NCBI GenBank assembly: GCA_020696385.1
Contig: JAEHCQ010000006.1
Span: forward strand, 64,001-128,000
Direction: 5' to 3'
DNA from: Methanobacteriota archaeon
GTDB taxonomy: Archaea > Thermoplasmatota > Thermoplasmata > SG8-5 > JAGLSY01
DNA: 64,000 bases
This document shows positions 60,995 through 64,000 of the stretch, one piece after another (positions within the stretch are counted from its first letter, which is position 1; each line of letters opens with the position of its first letter). Position numbers and translations under genes: made by a program. Under the pieces are notes generated by a model. It had not been told where the DNA came from, did not search any database, and saw nothing but the letters and a program-made list of their open reading frames with translations.

Positions 60995-62449
60995 TTATCC
61001 TTTCATAACACCCATCGGCACCAGTTTAGCAACCAGTTTGGAAATGCCAGCTCCATCCGCGACACCAACAACATCATCAACTGATTTGTAGGCTCCAGGT
61101 GCTTCTTCGGTCAGCACCTGTCCGCTTGCGGCCCTGACATAGATGCCATCCTTTGCCATATCGCTCTTTATTTGATCTGGATTGAAGGAGTTTATAGCCT
61201 TCTTTCTGGACATCATACGTCCCGCACCGTGGCATGTTGACCCAAAGGTCTCTTCCATCGCGGTCTGGGTGCCTGCAAGCACATAGCTCGCAGTTCCCAT
61301 CGTGCCAGGTATCAGAACTGGCTGTCCCACATCGCTGTATACATTTGGAATATCACTCATGCCAGGCCCAAATGATCTTGTGGCTCCTTTGCGGTGCACC
61401 ATGACCTTCCTGCGCTTTCCATCCACAATGTGTTCTTCTTTCTTCGCGATATTGTGGCATACATCGTAGACGAGCTTCATGTCCATATCTTCTGCCTTCT
61501 GCTTCATCACATTCTCGAATGACTCACGCACCCAGTGAAGGATCATCTGGCGGTTGGCCCATGCATAATTTGCTCCACTGGCCATAGCACCGTAATAATT
61601 CTGTGACACCTTGGATGATATTGGAGCACATGCAAGTTGTCTGTCTGGCAGGGATATGTTGAATTGCTTGATGGCGGATTCCATTTCGCGGAGGTAATCC
61701 GTTGCTATCTGATGGCCAGCACCTCTAGAGCCCGTGTGTATCATGACCGTGATCTGGCCTTCGCCAGTGATCCCGAAGGCCTTGGCAGCTTCCTGATCAT
61801 ATATCTCTTCCACTTTCTGTATCTCCAGAAAGTGATTGCCAGCACCCAGGCTTCCCAATTGTGGGGCTCCTCTTTTCTTCGCTTTGTCGCTGACCTTGGA
61901 AGAATCTGCGGCTCCCATGTTTCCATTTTCTTCTGTAAATTCGAGGTCAGATTCCCAACCATATCCATTCTTTACAGCCCATTCGGATCCATTGTCCAGA
62001 ACATCTGAAAGTTCATTTGGTGATAGTTTCACCTTGCCTTTTGATCCCAGGCCAGATGGCACATTATGGAATATTTCATCAACAAGGTTTCTGACCTTCG
62101 GTCTGACTTCCGCCTCGGTCATATTGGTCCTGACCAGCCTAACACCGCAATTGATATCGAACCCAACTCCTCCTGGAGAAATTACGCCTTCATCGATATC
62201 TGTAGCGGCCACACCACCAATTGGGAATCCATATCCCCAGTGGATATCTGGCATTGCCAAGGACTTGCCGACAATGCCTGGCAGAGCAGCTACATTGGCA
62301 ACCTGTTCTGGAGCATTGTCCTGCTTCACCAGTTCAATTAAATTGTCATCTGCATATATGATACCAGAGGTGTTCATCTCCTGTTTGTGAGTTTGCGGTA
62401 TCTCGTATCTGAAGTCATCTATCTTTTTCAGTTCGCCTTGCCATTTCAT
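60995..62449 (-). CDS. rtcB: RNA-splicing ligase RtcB
   Basis: MPDIHWGYGFPIGGV, GFDINCG, GNHFLE, HTGSRG, HRKGAT, HGAGR, EEAPGAYK; RBS GAGGTGA. Confidence 0.97.
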   Translation of the reverse strand: MKWQGELKKIDDFRYEIPQTHKQEMNTSGIIYADDNLIELVKQDNAPEQVANVAALPGIVGKSLAMPDIHWGYGFPIGGVAATDIDEGVISPGGVGFDINCGVRLVRTNMTEAEVRPKVRNLVDEIFHNVPSGLGSKGKVKLSPNELSDVLDNGSEWAVKNGYGWESDLEFTEENGNMGAADSSKVSDKAKKRGAPQLGSLGAGNHFLEIQKVEEIYDQEAAKAFGITGEGQITVMIHTGSRGAGHQIATDYLREMESAIKQFNISLPDRQLACAPISSKVSQNYYGAMASGANYAWANRQMILHWVRESFENVMKQKAEDMDMKLVYDVCHNIAKKEEHIVDGKRRKVMVHRKGATRSFGPGMSDIPNVYSDVGQPVLIPGTMGTASYVLAGTQTAMEETFGSTCHGAGRMMSRKKAINSFNPDQIKSDMAKDGIYVRAASGQVLTEEAPGAYKSVDDVVGVADGAGISKLVAKLVPMGVMKG

Positions 62450-62547
62450 TATCTCACCTCTGGTCGCACATGCATACACACATGCAATTACTATCTCTGA
62501 TATTACATCATGTACTTAAGATTGATACCTGGAAAACGATAAATTAG

Positions 62548-62753
62548 TGAGGGCTCCCAACCCTAAAGGGTGGGGCATCCCACGCTATTTTCTGAGAGAA
62601 CAGCGAGAGGATTGAGCCCTTACTGAAGCAAACACCAAATTGTGTTTGCTCTTCTAATTGCGCTTATGCACAATTAGAAAATTCGCACCATTGCCTACAA
62701 TTTAATGAACATCGCCTTTCATCCGTAAGCCTAAAGGCTACGGCATTCAGGCG
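62548..62753. mobile_element. Non-autonomous IS200/IS605-type miniature element, family 2 copy B, with both ends
   Basis: Left hairpin CCCAACCC-TAAA-GGGTGGGG inside the AGGGCTC/GAGCCCT stem; right end TTCATCCGTAAGCC-TAAA-GGCTACGGCATTC; two internal hairpins; no ORF. Confidence 0.6.
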
Positions 62754-62785
62754 TGGTACGAATTCAGTAAAACTGGCTCAGTTCA

Positions 62786-64000
62786 TCAGATAATTTTCTC
62801 CCACTTGAACAGATCGAGGACCTGTGAGAGCGTGCTACCACGTTTTATCTCTTCTCTAACACGATTCTCTCTCTCAAATACATCCAGTGCCCGGTTGGCT
62901 ATCTCGACTGCAACATGCTTTGGAATGACGACAATACCTGTTTCATCACCCACTATCCAGTCGCCAGTTCTTACCTTCTGACCACCACAAACAATGTCAA
63001 TTCCAATCTCGCCATGTCCTTTTGGCTCGCCTGCACATGGTCGTAGATGTCTGGCAAAAGCAGGGAAATCCATATTCTGGATCTCGTCAATGTCTCGAAT
63101 TGCTCCATCAATGACCACTCCTGAAAGCTTTCTCTGTTTACAACTCCATGATGCCAATTCTCCCCAGACAGCTATCTTTCCACTTCCTGCATCGATCACA
63201 AGAACATCGCCTTCATTTGCTCCGTCAATGGCCTCAACTGGCTTTGCCCAATCACCGTCAATGGTCCTGACGGTGAAGGCTCTTCCGATCATCTTTCCAT
63301 TCCTCTTGATATATGGCTTGATGTTGACCATGGCTCCTTCTTTGTGCATGGCATCTGATATGTTAGGCGTGGATACCTTTTCCAGTGCCTCCCTTATGCT
63401 CTCCGCACTGTATTTCTTGAAAAGATCTGTACTGACTGGTATCATCTCATCAATGGCCTTCTGAATGTCTGCAGTTGCCTTTGTTACATCATTCGCTTTG
63501 ATGATCGCTCCTCCGACAATGATGATCGAAGCACCATTGGCGATGGCTGTTGACGCGGTCTCTGAATTTATCCCGCCTGCAACCGCGATAGGTAATTTCG
63601 TGATCTGATAAAGCATCTTGACAAGATCAAATGGTTCTCCGCCAGTCATTTGATGATCAATGCTCGCGTGCACGCAGAGAATGTGCACGCCGAAGCCTTC
63701 CAGCTGTCTAACACGCTCCTCCATATTGTCCACGTTCATCAGGTCCGCCATTACAAGTGAACCGTACTGGCTGGCAGATTTTACAGCTTCCGTGATAGTC
63801 CCGTCATCTGACAATCCCATGATTGCCACGACATCCGCGCCAGAGCGTGTGGCCATCTCGACCTCCACTCCGCCGACATCCATCGTCTTCATATCCGCGA
63901 CGATGGTCTTGTCCGGGAACTCGGCTTTTAATCTTCTAATAATATTCATGCCCTCGCTCTTTATCAGGGGAGTTCCAGCTTCTATCCAATCGGCTCCGCC
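62786..64000 (-). CDS. hxlA: 3-hexulose-6-phosphate synthase fused to an RraA/MenG-like domain (5'-truncated by window edge)
   Basis: Frame continues upstream as DWIEAGTPLIKSEG; ADMKTMDVG, VAGGIN, IVGGAI; C-terminal STPNISDAM, AVWGEL, DGAIRD, GDETGIVVIP. Confidence 0.9.
   Translation of the reverse strand, partial: GGADWIEAGTPLIKSEGMNIIRRLKAEFPDKTIVADMKTMDVGGVEVEMATRSGADVVAIMGLSDDGTITEAVKSASQYGSLVMADLMNVDNMEERVRQLEGFGVHILCVHASIDHQMTGGEPFDLVKMLYQITKLPIAVAGGINSETASTAIANGASIIIVGGAIIKANDVTKATADIQKAIDEMIPVSTDLFKKYSAESIREALEKVSTPNISDAMHKEGAMVNIKPYIKRNGKMIGRAFTVRTIDGDWAKPVEAIDGANEGDVLVIDAGSGKIAVWGELASWSCKQRKLSGVVIDGAIRDIDEIQNMDFPAFARHLRPCAGEPKGHGEIGIDIVCGGQKVRTGDWIVGDETGIVVIPKHVAVEIANRALDVFERENRVREEIKRGSTLSQVLDLFKWEKII

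Overview
A gene-dense archaeal chromosome segment, most likely from an uncultured Thermoplasmatota lineage. This is inferred from TrmY, aIF-2beta-TRAM, a presenilin homologue, geranylgeranyl reductase, Dph6, RtcB, SepF, a KaiC/RAD55-like ATPase and very large secreted subtilases. Housekeeping genes (SRP54, purC, RuMP hps/phi, two 2-oxoacid:ferredoxin oxidoreductase systems) are mixed with unusual features: (1) a chelatase-like pair in which a vWA domain precedes two degenerate ChlI-type AAA+ modules, next to a ChlI-like gene and with no large chelatase subunit in the window; (2) a 3400-aa membrane-anchored subtilase whose catalytic residues all appear substituted, near an intact 1602-aa subtilase; (3) a 1577-aa helical-repeat protein ending in a C4HC3 zinc finger; (4) a ModB/CysT-type ABC transporter with no binding protein, clustered with DUF47 and PhoU and containing a 13-codon relay ORF; (5) two families of dispersed structured intergenic elements with IS200/IS605-like (omegaRNA-like) ends and no transposase or nuclease gene. 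I saw no rRNA, tRNA or CRISPR array. All protein calls are from motif recognition by eye; no database searches were run.
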